From Cystobasidiomycetes sp. EMM_F5 (lineage: Eukaryota): a DNA stretch of 64,000 nt. Where the stretch lies: NCBI GenBank assembly GCA_051047955.1, contig JBPGPT010000026.1, positions 124,001-188,000 on the forward strand. Direction: 5' to 3'. The notes under the pieces are model-generated. The model was not told the origin of the DNA. It did no database searches and saw nothing but the letters and a program-made list of their open reading frames with translations. A program made the translations under genes and the position numbers. Positions 48,683 to 60,263 of this stretch are shown here, in pieces (within the stretch, counting starts at the first letter, position 1; every line of letters begins with the position of its first letter).

Positions 48683-49101
48683 CCTGCTGTATTTCACAAG
48701 CCTTACAGCCCGTCAACAGCTCGAATATTGACGCCAAAGCACAGATTTGATTGGACAGAATACGCTAGGGCATGAGACTGGATGCGACTGTGTCTGATAG
48801 CCGTAACAGCAGAGTATCAGATAACGCAGACGGAGCAATGCAGAGTTGACGACGACAGAATATGGACATGCCAAGTTGAGAGTCGCGTTGGAAGTGATCG
48901 GCGGGGGAGAAGTAGGACTCGTCCGTTAGACAAAGCACTGGCTTTCTGGACAACACGCTGCTTCTTGCAAGAGTCATCCGCTTTTGAATAATATATTTGC
49001 CTTGCGCACTACAAGAAAGCTCCGAATGGAGAATTACAACGACATCAGTGCCATCTATACTGGTCATACAATCTACAACGCTTTAGTGCTGCCCGACAGG
49101 T

Positions 49102-50359
49102 CTACGCTATCACCACCCTCCTGCGATGCGGAGCAGGCACTTTACTCTGCTTGCACACAGCAATGTCCACATAATCACTGGCAGATATGTCATCGAGCGG
49201 CGTCGCCAACTCTTCATCCGATGATGATTCGTATATCTCCTCGTCGTCATCGTCGTCGCTACTGTGCCACTCATCTTGGTCGTTATTGTATTCGATAGCA
49301 TTCGTTCTTTGCGGTTCCTCGATCCTTGCAAGCTCGACAGCCTCGCGCACGCATTTCTCCTCGGCCGCTTCTCGGCTCAGCACAGTGTTCAGAGGATCTT
49401 CGTTGCTTGTCGGATGACGGTACGATCCGCTCATTTTGTCACAAAAAGTGAAAAATTGACCGTAGTTACACGTAAAGTGCAAATGGTGCAGGGTGTGGTG
49501 GGAAGGTCCGTTGATGTGGTCCTCTAAAGGATGCCCAACAATCATGTCCGAGTCATGTATAGCGATAGTCCATAGGTTGACGAAGACAAAGAGGCCGAGG
49601 TAGGTCATGCTATGCAGAGGAAAGAGGTAGGGAAATATATGGTAGGGAAGACTTGCGATATATCCATCCAGAGGATGGAAAGCGTGAGAAGCCCATGGCG
49701 TCGGTATGCCGAACCTATGGTGCGGTTTGTGTATGTGTTTGTAGACCAACGGATGCGAGTGCTCGAAGCGGTGCGTCCAATAATTGACAAAGTCTGTGAA
49801 ACAGATGAAGGCGGGGACCGAGACGGCTATGTACAGCAGACCTAGTGCGAAGCTGCCTTGTCCAAACGGTGAATTGTCGATACCATGGTACAGCTTGGAC
49901 CACCCGCGTGCCTCGCCAATGAACCACGGAGCGGTCAGGATAGACAGAGAAGGAATAATTCGCAGGGACATTCCGATTTCGAGCCATACTTGGCCTTTAA
50001 TGTATCGTGGATGCTTTTTTAGCCGCTTGTCGACTGCAAAGGACGCAAATCAGTTTTGTTATCGAGGCACTTTGATAAGCCAGACATACATAGCAACCAG
50101 TAGCTGCCACCGGAAATGAAGAAATATAACACATGAGTAGCGACGTAGATTATAGCCGTCATCTAGAATGTCCGATAACGAAAGCAGCAAACATTCAGCA
50201 CGTTTCGGAATCGATCGAGCTCCGCTGCTCCCCACTTACGGATATGGTCTGTCTCAGCAGACTGTCGCGAGCCAGTCCATGCAGACTGCTCGGTATCCAC
50301 TGGCTGTTATATACTCTGTCGAAGAAAGTCCCATCGAAGAAGTCGAGGACGCAGTCCAT
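49102..50359 (-). CDS. ERG3: C-5 sterol desaturase, paralog B
   Basis: His boxes YWTHRFEH, KHIHKPHH, HHTLHH; PTPWASHAFHPLDG; NYGQFFT. Confidence 0.9.
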
Positions 50360-51453
50360 TTCGTGAATCGCGTGTTGTTCGGGTCGAAAAGTGGGTTGAT
50401 ACGGGTTGAAGGGAGCAGAAGAAGGGAAGTGCCCGACTTGCAGAGATATAGCAGAGATATGCCTGCACGTATGTGTCCGCGTATCTCCTTCCTTCGATAT
50501 TAATAATTCTGCAAGCACAAATTCTGCGAGTTTGACGGCTTTTCTTGGACTCGGCTGCAGTGGTAGTACCGTACGCCCGATGACTACTGCCGCAAAGAAT
50601 GGAAAGGGAATGGAAATACTGGTCAGCAATCGACGGAAAGCCGTCAGCGTCAGCAGCTGTCACTTCTTTCACGTCAGACATTCAAGGTGTCTCCGGCTCG
50701 TGCCTGGCCAGGGATTCCCCGGAGATACCCAAGAATGCGAGGACCTGCAGCCCATGACTGCCTGTTCTGCTTAACTCCCGTCCATCATCAGAGGTCAGCT
50801 GTAGTATCAATGCACGGATGCCGGAATGTCGCCAGTCTGGAATTCAGCGAGACTGTCGCTCTGACGCGATTCCCAGCTCGCCAGGGTCGGAATGTTCATT
50901 GCGTTGCCGGATTACAGAAGACGTGTCGTTGCACTGTTAGGAAGTCAACAGCTTGTGGTTCCACTAGAAACGGCAGATAGTCGCATGATGCCGCAAATGA
51001 TGCCGCTAGTACAAGTTGCGCGTTTTACGACAAGCTGACGCAATTGATCAGAAGGCTAATAAGGACCAAGCTGAGGCAGGCTCGCGAACCTCTTGCTGCT
51101 CGCTGCTGCGTACCACGCAGAATACGATTTACTACGTATACGCACTTACCTTTGGTGTCTCTAGTTTCCTCTCGATAGGCACATCTCCACAATCTCCACA
51201 AACAGCATCGTGAGTCCCGCTTACAAGATCAGTTTGGGACATATCAATGTTGGCAAGCCTAACGTTTCATGGATTCTCAAGGGCCCTTATGAGCCTCTGA
51301 CTGCCCGCTTCACCTATTGCTCGAGAGCCATCTGTGGTTTCTTTCACAAAGCATGCGCAACACTGCTGCAGGACTGGGACCAACTTGAATCCTGCAGCAA
51401 GCGAGCAACGGAAGGGGGCGATCCACGTCCGCTGACACACACGACAGATCGCA

Positions 51454-52109
51454 TCAGGCTTTCCGAGCTAGGATCCAGAGGAAAGGTACAGTCTTCTTGC
51501 CATCGACGATCTCAATGACTTCTGCTTGTACGACGTAAAAGCCAGCTCTTTCGACCATTGTCCTACTTCCCTCTACACCATGGCCGGACTTGAACATCCG
51601 CGCTCCGAGCCAGTCTGACATGACTGTACCATGGTCTGCTTCGACGTCAAAATTGCATAGCAATAGTCCGCCCGGTTTGAGCCATGTGTGCAGGGAAGCG
51701 AGCATTTGGGGTTGTTCGGAGAGCGGGAGATGTATGATGAGTACAATGCCAAAACAGCATCAAAATGTCCTAGAGGAAACGACAAGCGTGTCATGTCGCC
51801 GAGTTTGAATTCGATATTTGTCTGCCCTGAAAGTTTCCGCTTTGCCATGGCGATTTGCGCAGAGGAAATATCATTGGCGGTGATGTTTCCAACTCTAGGC
51901 GCTAGATGTGCTGTACAGGGTACACCGTTACCGCAACCTAGCTCGAGGATGTAGGCCGAGTTAGAAGAGGGTATTGCAGCAAGCAGCTTGTCGGTCCAGG
52001 CTATGTTTGGCGAGGGGAGTGAGGCTATAAAATCGAGGTAGGATGGCGCGATGTTATCATAACCATCTCTTACGATTGCCTTCTTGTCTTCAGAGTCCGC
52101 TACAGCCAT
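51454..52109 (-). pseudogene. Class I SAM-dependent methyltransferase with a 1-bp frameshift (pseudogene or sequencing error)
   Basis: ILELGCGNG, NDISSAQI, GDMT, FDAVLALYS in one frame; IIHLPLSEQPQMLASLHTWLKPGG continues in another; break at ~51740. Confidence 0.75.
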
Positions 52110-52608
52110 TTCTTTTTGCATAGGAGATGCACGCGCGCGCCACGTCTCGCAAGACGGATCCTCGATACAATGTCGTTAGATGGATTGTAGCAAAGACCGC
52201 GCGCTCGGTGTCAGAACGGTGTCAAGAGAGGCTTTCAGCGGGCGCTGAGCAGAAGCGGCAGAAGTGGAGATGGAGGGTCGACTTTGAAAGCGAAGGCGCG
52301 GAGCCATCAGCAGCCTTGCTGGCTGTATGAAGGTGATGTGCTTTTGATCACGAAAGAGACAACTTAGGATAGGTTGATGTCAGCGCGAAGCATGTACTTT
52401 CAATCGCATGATGGCATAATTTGGAAGAGTCTATGATAGGACTTTTGGGCATCTGGTATTATTGACTAACGACGGTGAATGCTGCGCACAACGAAAGATG
52501 GCCTGCCTTACTATGTACTGCACAACACGATTGACTGCCTAGTCCAAGGAGTGTAAATACCCAACGAATGCACAGGAGAAACCCATAAGCTAGTGGGGGA
52601 TAAACTTG

Positions 52609-54005
52609 TCACTTTAGCCGTCTTTGAAGGATGGCATTATTCCTCTGAGTGGTAGTAAGGCCCGCTGCCATACTCCTCCTCTTTATCGCCGCAGAAGTCT
52701 GCACTGTACTCGTCAAGCCCAGCTTGCCGCTCATGTAATCACCTGCACGACCGTCGTCCATCGGTGTCGCTACTTCATGCTCCGACGCAGATGATACTGA
52801 CGGAGAGCGCGAGGTGTTAGACTGAGCATCGTCGTCGCTACTCGCTCCTTCGCCGTCATCACTCGCTCCGCTAATCACAAGCTCTGGAGTCGTTCGTCCA
52901 GATGGCGTCGAGTTATATACATGCAGAGTCGAAACTGCAGGCTCGGCTGCCGCTTCTTCTTGCTTTATCAGTTCCGCCTTTTCTTGCATATACTTTTCCC
53001 TTGCGGCTTCCCTGCTCAGCACCGTGTTGAGTGGGTCGTCTGCCGCGTTTGGGTGCCTGTATGACCCGCCCATCTTGTCGCACCATGTAAAGTACTGGCC
53101 AAAGTTGCACGTAAAGTACATGTGGTGCAGTGTGTGATGCGCTGGGCCGTTGATGATGTGCTCGAGCGGGTGGCCGACAATCATGTCCGAGTCGTGAATG
53201 CCAATGGTCCACAGATTGACAAAGACAAAGAGGCCGAGATAGGTCATGCCATGCAGGGGGAAGAGGTAGGGGAAAATATGGTAGGGCAGGGACTGCGCGT
53301 AACCGTCGAGTGGGTGGAAAGCGTGCGAAGCCCACGGGGTGGGAATGACCCATCTATGGTGTGGCTTGTGAATGTGCTTGTACATGGATGGCCAGTGCTC
53401 GACGCGGTGTACCCAGTAGATGGCAAAGTCGGTAAACCAGAGGAAGAAGGCTGATGAGAGAGCCATGTAGAGAAGGCCGAGCTTGTAGTTTCCCTGGCCG
53501 AATGGCGAGTTGTCGATACCGTGGTACAGTCTTGCATTTCCCCTCGCTTCGCCGACAAACCACGGAATGGTGAGCATGGTGAGGGTGGGAAATGTGCGCA
53601 GCGACATGCCGACTTCTAGCCATACTTGGCCCTTTATGTAGCGCGGATGCTTCTTCATCCGCTTGTCGACTAAGCGTGGCGGGGGTTGTCTGCGAGTTAG
53701 CCCGCTGAAATGCCAGAGGCAGGTGCGCGGTGCAGCTCACACAGCAGCCAGTATGACCCTCCAGCGACAAAAAAGTAGAGGAGATGTATGCCGACGTACA
53801 CGAGGGTGAACATCTGCCGGGAGTAGCGACAGCACACCGTCAGTCGCGTTGATCCGGCAAGAGCGTCGAAGAGGACAACACCCACCGAACAGGTCTGGCG
53901 GAGGAGGCTGCTTCTATCCAAGCCACGCAGGGCTGCCGGCATCCATTCGCTCTCGTAAGCCCTGTCAAAGGCCAGCCTATCGCACAAGTCTAGTACGATG
54001 TCCAT
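52609..54005 (-). CDS. ERG3: C-5 sterol desaturase, paralog A
   Basis: MDIVLDLCD start, MKKHPRYIKGQV, YWVHRVEH, KHIHKPHH, HHTLHH, NFGQYFTWCD. Confidence 0.93.
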
Positions 54006-54470
54006 TTTTGCTGGCGGCCAAGCGGACCGGAAGAGGCAGATGGCAGATTGTAGTGCGTGTCGAGGTGTGTGCGCTGTAGTGAACGTGCAGGTTGTCGTTA
54101 GATATGTGCTGGCAGTCGCTGTGAGCGCACTCTGGACTCCTGTGTTCAAAATGTTCACACCTCCATCCGCCACCCGTCCGGCTGCCGCTGGCCTGGCCTG
54201 GCAGTCTCGGCTTTCTGCGGCGGACAAAGTCGCACCACCGAGGTGGGCAGAGTGCAATTTGTAATGGATTAGGAATTGGTTGTAATGAGTGGAGTGTAGT
54301 ATATTGTAATGTGATTCCATGCCATAATGCCTATACTCACACCCTTCTCTGCAGACGTTGTTGCCTCTGCCGCTTGTTTGTCCCCTTGGCTAAAACTATA
54401 CAGTTCACCTCGATCAGTCGAATCCACTCTACGCGTCGCGTAAACAGCCAACACACAACACAACCACAAC

Positions 54471-55728
54471 ATGGATATTGCAGACGATGTCTCTGCATAC
54501 GGCGACGAGGAGGGAGTCGGCCAGAGTGGGCAACATGATGTGGAGCAGCTGATGAAGGCATGGATGGACGAGCGGATGGCGCCGGAGCTGCTGGAGAGCA
54601 GGGAGGACGTGGTGAGGAGGATCATGGAGAACTTGGAGCAACAGGTGGGTGGGTGAGAGAAAGGCCTGAGGGCCGAAGGTCCGAAGGCCTGCGTGACGGT
54701 CCTCTCGAAGATTCTGTAGATTGTACATGTATCGTTTCATCTAATCTAATCTCTTCCTCTGCCTCTTCCTCTTCCTCTTCCTCTTCCTCTTCCTCTTCCT
54801 CTTCCTCTTCCTCCGCGTTTACCTCTCCATGCTCTATCCCTATTCATATCTCTCCTCTCCTTCCATGCCCACATCTCATCATCAGACAGAAGCAGCCAAC
54901 ATTCTCTCCAGTCGCGCATCCACAAAGGCAGACGAGCACGAGAGGATACTCCTAGTGCAAGCAGAGATTGAGAGGGTGAGGTGGCTGCTGAGAAGCTACC
55001 TGAGGGTGAGGATGGATAAGCTCGAGCGCTTTAGTGCGTACATCGTGAGGGCTGGTGAGACGGGGGAACGAGGTGGGCAAAGTGCAGTGAGGAGAAAGTT
55101 GTCGGATGTAGAGTGGGGTTATGCAGAGAGGTGGGTGTTTATTCTAAAGTGTACGAGGCTGCTCGTCAGAGGGATGTCTGTGAGGCGTGGCGGTATCTCG
55201 GGACACGCGTCAAGCTCAGCTTGGCGTGGTTTCGAGTCGTCGGGGTTACCGTGAAGCCCGACTTGACGTGACAACAAACTCAACTTGTTTAATGCCTCCT
55301 CCCGCGGAATTACAATACATCACACCCGCCTCATATACTGACTCTCTTCCATAACAGATACGCAGCTCTCGTAAAACAGCATTTCGTAACGAGCGTCACT
55401 CAAAATATCCCAGAAAGGCTAAGGCGGCTCGACGAGGAAGAGATGAGTGCGTCTCGTCCATGAGGTAACCTCAGACATACCATACTTACAATTATCACAG
55501 TCGTCAAGCCAGACCTCGAGGTTGCCGTTTTTGCCAGGGCGTTGAAAAATTGTCCAGCCATACGCTTGCCAGAGTGAGTTGCACTTATTGCATCGGAGTA
55601 TCCGCTGCTGACATATGGATCGTTTATGAAGCGGGGCCGAACTGGAAATGCAAAAGGGCAACATACACATGCTCAGATATAAAAGCATACGACGGCTGCT
55701 GAGGGACGGGGACGTCAGGCTGGTGTAG
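54471..55728 (+). CDS. SLD5: GINS complex subunit Sld5
   Basis: AWMDERMAPELL, QAEIERVRWLLRSYLRVRMDKLE, PDLEVAVF, GNIHMLRYKSIRRLL. Confidence 0.92.
54752..54811. repeat. (TCTTCC)~10 microsatellite in SLD5 intron 1
   Basis: Read directly; lies between the branch point and the acceptor. Confidence 0.9.
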
Positions 55729-55888
55729 CTTTCTGATGACTTCGTATACGATAAATGGAATGTACACATTAATAAATGACTATTCTGTAGCAGGCTTCCA
55801 CTCCCCTTGTCGAGGAAGCGGATAATGGAGTGTAATGAGGGTGTACGCTTTCTGTCTATGCTATATACATGTCTGCGGCAATATCATA

Positions 55889-57240
55889 CTATGATATACC
55901 ATCATCCTCGATTGGAATTGCACTGCCTGCTGTCGTACCATTCTCCGTCTCTTTGATCGCTTCAAGAACCACCTCCCGTAGTTCTGGGTAGAGGACTGTA
56001 TACTCCGAAAACAGCTCGTCTACAAAGTTCTCGGGTCGAATTTGTCGCTTGTAGTCGGCTAGTGCCCGGATCTTGGCAGGCTCCAGCATGAGCTGATGGG
56101 CCAATCGATACACAGACTTTGGTGAAGCCGACAGGTGGCCTTCCTCCACTCTTCCGCGGCTCGAGATTGTTCTCGCTGATTTGAGGCACGCTGCGTCTGG
56201 TCCGTGATTCGATTCGATGTAATGAAGAATAGCGCGGTAGGTACGGTGGCAGTGATGCTTGACGACTACATAGCGCACATGACGCGTTGCTCCACCACTG
56301 GCAGATGCAATATTCATCCACCGCGGTTTGCGGAATCGCCCTGCTGGATTCTGATTACCGTCTGTGTCTGAGTCGTAGCTGCTCAGATGGCACGGGTTGT
56401 TGCTGACGCGATGATCGCCAGTAATGTCGGAGAAGGATTTGAATTGGTTGGCAGTATTGTTGTGACTAGCGCAGAGAGGCGAGCGGAACAGCATCTCAAA
56501 GTATGTTGACCTCTTCGACAAGAGCGACATGTTGGCCCACAATCGCTTTGGAATACGATTGGGCTCGAAGGGGAAAAGGAAGACGATATCGTTTGCCGAT
56601 GCGGCGGGATGGGTAGGCATAGGAGACGGCACTATCGATGCCGTAAATCTTAGCACTTGCACCCGGTTAGCGATATTACACGCACTGGCGAGCTCTGGCA
56701 GTGCAAACTCCATGGTAATAAGGTATTTGACGCTGTGCCAAGCTTTATCAGACTTGTTCGCATATGACAGAGCAATGTGCGTACATGCTGGGACGCTGGT
56801 CAGCGGGGCGCAAGTCCTTTCCGACCAGTTAATGTTAGCTGGCTTTACGTCGCAATGTCGCTTGGCTTTACCTGGCTAAACCCTAACCCTGGTACTGTTA
56901 TCCGGTCGACTTCAAGGTCAGCTCGTGTGAAGGTGTGCGGGTTCAGATTCGTTTGACCGTCCTCGTCTACAAACACTGAACCGCGAGTCCATGTCGATTC
57001 GAGGAGGGGATCCAGTCGGTCGAGCTGAAGTGTCGCGCCATACAAGCTAATCTCGAGATAGAGGTTCTGCTTGCGACCGCCCAAGTCTAGAAGATGCCGG
57101 CTTGGTTGATCAGGTGTAGGCATGACCACCATGTGTCGAGCCTGAAATGCGTTTCCATCTTCCGTGGCTGTGCGTACGGTTCGCAAAGTCCACCAGTATA
57201 GGGAGTATGTGACTGTAGGGCCCGTTTCAGGAAGACGCAT
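55889..57240 (-). CDS. BTB/POZ-domain protein
   Basis: DIVFLF...LWANMSLLSKRSTYFEMLF, TYRAILHYI, ASPKSVYRLAH; 5' exons tentative. Confidence 0.7.
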
Positions 57241-57678
57241 GGTCGGGAATAATTCAGTGTAATGAGCGAAGCGTAAATGCAGCATGACCACCAAAACCGG
57301 GCGAAAAGGATTTCGAGACATCGGTGATGCAGTTGAACCGTAGTACTACTGTGACTTTGAGATGCACGCAATGCCAAGCGACCAGCTTCCATGTCCAATT
57401 GGAATGGAAGCAAGGATCATCTGATTGAAGCGGTCGCGTGCTCCAGCGATGTCGTTAGCCAAATTAGCATTCTGGACTTAGATGTGCCAAGCGTGGTACA
57501 CCGTGAAGCGTCCATCAATATGCGTAGACCGTTTGAAGTGGAAGTGAATTAGACAAGTATAAGCACGTAGGCGAACAATGTTCTGAGTCTGCAGCAGTCC
57601 CGAGACCATGTCGAGCCCGGCTGGGCCAGTCAGCGATGTGAGACTGTCAGCTCCGTCAGCAGAACCCCAACACCCTCG

Positions 57679-59486
57679 ATGGGAGCATCAGAATGGTTCG
57701 CCAATCTCTATTCTCGTACAGCGGACGCTGCCAAAACATCCACCTTTCGGCTATTGGCTACAATAACCGTAACATCAGCATTGACGGCCGTCAGTCTACT
57801 GGGTGTTCAGACTCTGCAGCGACGCACGCAACGACGAGCTCTGCGAGATAACGTCGAGTCTCACTTTCGTACTCCATCGCGGAAGGGCTCCACGGCTTCT
57901 GCTACAGGCAAGAGCGCCGGAGATGATTTCGACGAGGAATTGGAGAACTACCTCGAGGTCCGCCATAATTTGAAACGCAGCACTTCAGAGCTCGAAGTGC
58001 AGACCAAGACCGTCGGCGAGGACATTATCCGCGAACAGCTTGCTCGTAATATCGCTTTCCTGGGTGAGGAAGCAGTCGAGCGGATCCGAAAGAGCTTCGT
58101 GGTTGTCGTCGGACTAGGCGGGGTCGGTAGCGCAGCAGGCAAGTTGAATACAGTGATTGGCACCCCATTTCGAAGCTGATCTTACATCTCGTCCGGCTTA
58201 TATAGCTACTATCCTACTCAGATCTGGCGTGGGGAAACTCCGTCTGATTGACTTTGACCAGGTTACCCTATCGTCGCTCAATGCAAGTCATCTTTGCGGG
58301 GCGTTTCATCCTTCGATACCTCATCTAATGCATACATACACCCACAGAGGCATACTGTAGCTACCCTGGCCGACGTCGGCATACCGAAAGTAACAGCTTG
58401 CAAACGCCAGTTTGCCGCTATCGCACCATGGGTTCAAGTTGACGCGCGGGTCGAGCTGTTCTCGCTGGAGGATGCCGACGCCCTGCTTGAGGGGAAGCCC
58501 GACTGGGTCATCGACTGCATAGATAACATACACACCAAATGCGAGCTTCTCAAATACTGTCACGACCGCCACATCAATGTTTTCAGCGCGATGGGTGCTG
58601 GGGGCAAAGTTGACCCTTCCAGGATTCAGATATCGGATATCTCCGTTACATACGAAGATTCTCTGGCCCGAGCTGTTCGGCAAAATCTCCGCAGAGTCGG
58701 CATCGCATCTGGTATCCCGGTCGTGGTGAGGACATTCTACTGCAATCTGATGCTCCCCCGTCGTAAATGCTAATGATTTCTCAGTACTCAACCGAGGTGC
58801 CGAAGACTCAAGGAAAGCTCCTACCTCTGCCTGAAGAGGAGTTCCAAAAAGGGCTTGTCCACGAGCTATCGGCGCTGGACAAGTTCAGAGTGCGAATCTT
58901 GCCTGTCCTTGGTCCACTGCCTTGCATGTTTGGCCAGGCTGCTGCTGCCTACATCATCGCAAAGTTGGCGGGTAGTGTGGAGATGGAGCCTTTGCCTGTA
59001 AAGTAGGGTTGCATCCCTAATTCCAGTCTAGTAAATGAGCTCATCCGCATGTGCAGAAATCGAACCAAACTTTATCACAAAATGTATCAAGATCTGTTAG
59101 CACGAGAGGTTCGACGCACTGGAGAAAGGTGAGTCTGGTTCAATTAAGACATGCTCGTGGCTCATTGCTATCTTGGTCACTTCAGTAAACTACCGGTCAG
59201 CGAGGAGGACATTGCGTACGTCTTCGAAGAATTGCACAAAGGCCGCTCAGTCGTGGCTCCGGACTACAAGATTTGTGCACGGCCAGCTTTAATGCGCTGG
59301 GAGAAGGATAAGCCTGTTACTTGGAACAATCTGGTAGTCATGGAGCGTGACGAAGCCACAAAGCACGAAAGAGAATGCCTTATCGGCGATAGCTCACCGC
59401 TTCAAGTCTGGTCTGGCGAGACTTGCGCTCTCGTCGCGCAGCGTCAGGAACTTGAGCAACAGACTCGAGACAGGCGCCTGCTGTGA
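57679..59486 (+). CDS. TCD1: ThiF/E1-like tRNA threonylcarbamoyladenosine dehydratase (Tcd1/Tcd2 family)
   Basis: EQLARNIAFLG, VVVGLGGVGS, LIDFDQVTLSSLN/RH, DCIDNIHTK, MGAGGKVDP, FRVRILPVLGPLP. Confidence 0.92.
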
Positions 59487-60263
59487 AAACGGCATCTACA
59501 AGATCCCCTTGCCACCCGCGCAGTTCCCGAGCCCTTTCTCAGCGAGTCCGGCACAGCGTACGCACCGCCAGGAATGTGTGCGTCTGTCTTACAGCGAGGA
59601 GCACGTCTCTTGCTCTCGCTAGTAAAACGCATCGCAGCTATGGCCAGCATCATTTCCTCCTTCCGCGGCATCTTGTCGCAACCTGCAGTAACGCACAACC
59701 GGCTCTGCTATAGATTGGATGAGCCCGCTGGTGACGAGGCTGCTGCTGCTGCATCGTCAGGCCGAGGTCAGTGGCATACTTGTTTTGTAGAGTACAATCG
59801 CTAATTACCATACAGGTACCACTCGACTCTTGCTGCCCGCTGCTAGTATCGCCCGCAGAGCATCGTTGAGTCGCTCCGGTCCGGGCTTCCTCGTCAGCGA
59901 GGTTCGTAATGAGGCCCCTGCCAGCACTGGCTCTGTTGGCGACAGCATTATCCGCAACGCTCTGCGACCCCGCAGTGTTGATGCAGCCGAAACGCATGTC
60001 GCTTCGCAAATTGATTAGCGGCTAGTCTAGGTCGAGTCTTCCTCTCGAGCCTATCGTTGTTAGCCAACCTATAGCTGAGCATTGAATAAAAGCTTGTCGT
60101 TTCCGTCGGCCGAATCCACAACCCATACTGACGCCGAAGTTCCGGCTTGCTTTTCGAAGCATCTCTGAGTCTGAGGAACAACGGACATATGCCTGCACAC
60201 CCATGACGAAAGCCTGCAATCAGTATCTCGACAGGCGGCTTTGAGCCAGTGAGATTGACAGTC

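Noticed and set aside
56877..56890. Telomere-like TAAACCCTAACCCT
   Set aside because: Only about two units, inside a probable coding region; consistent with chance
59640..60018. Possible small spliced gene between the TCD and RING genes
   Set aside because: One plausible intron, but no consistent gene model or recognisable motif
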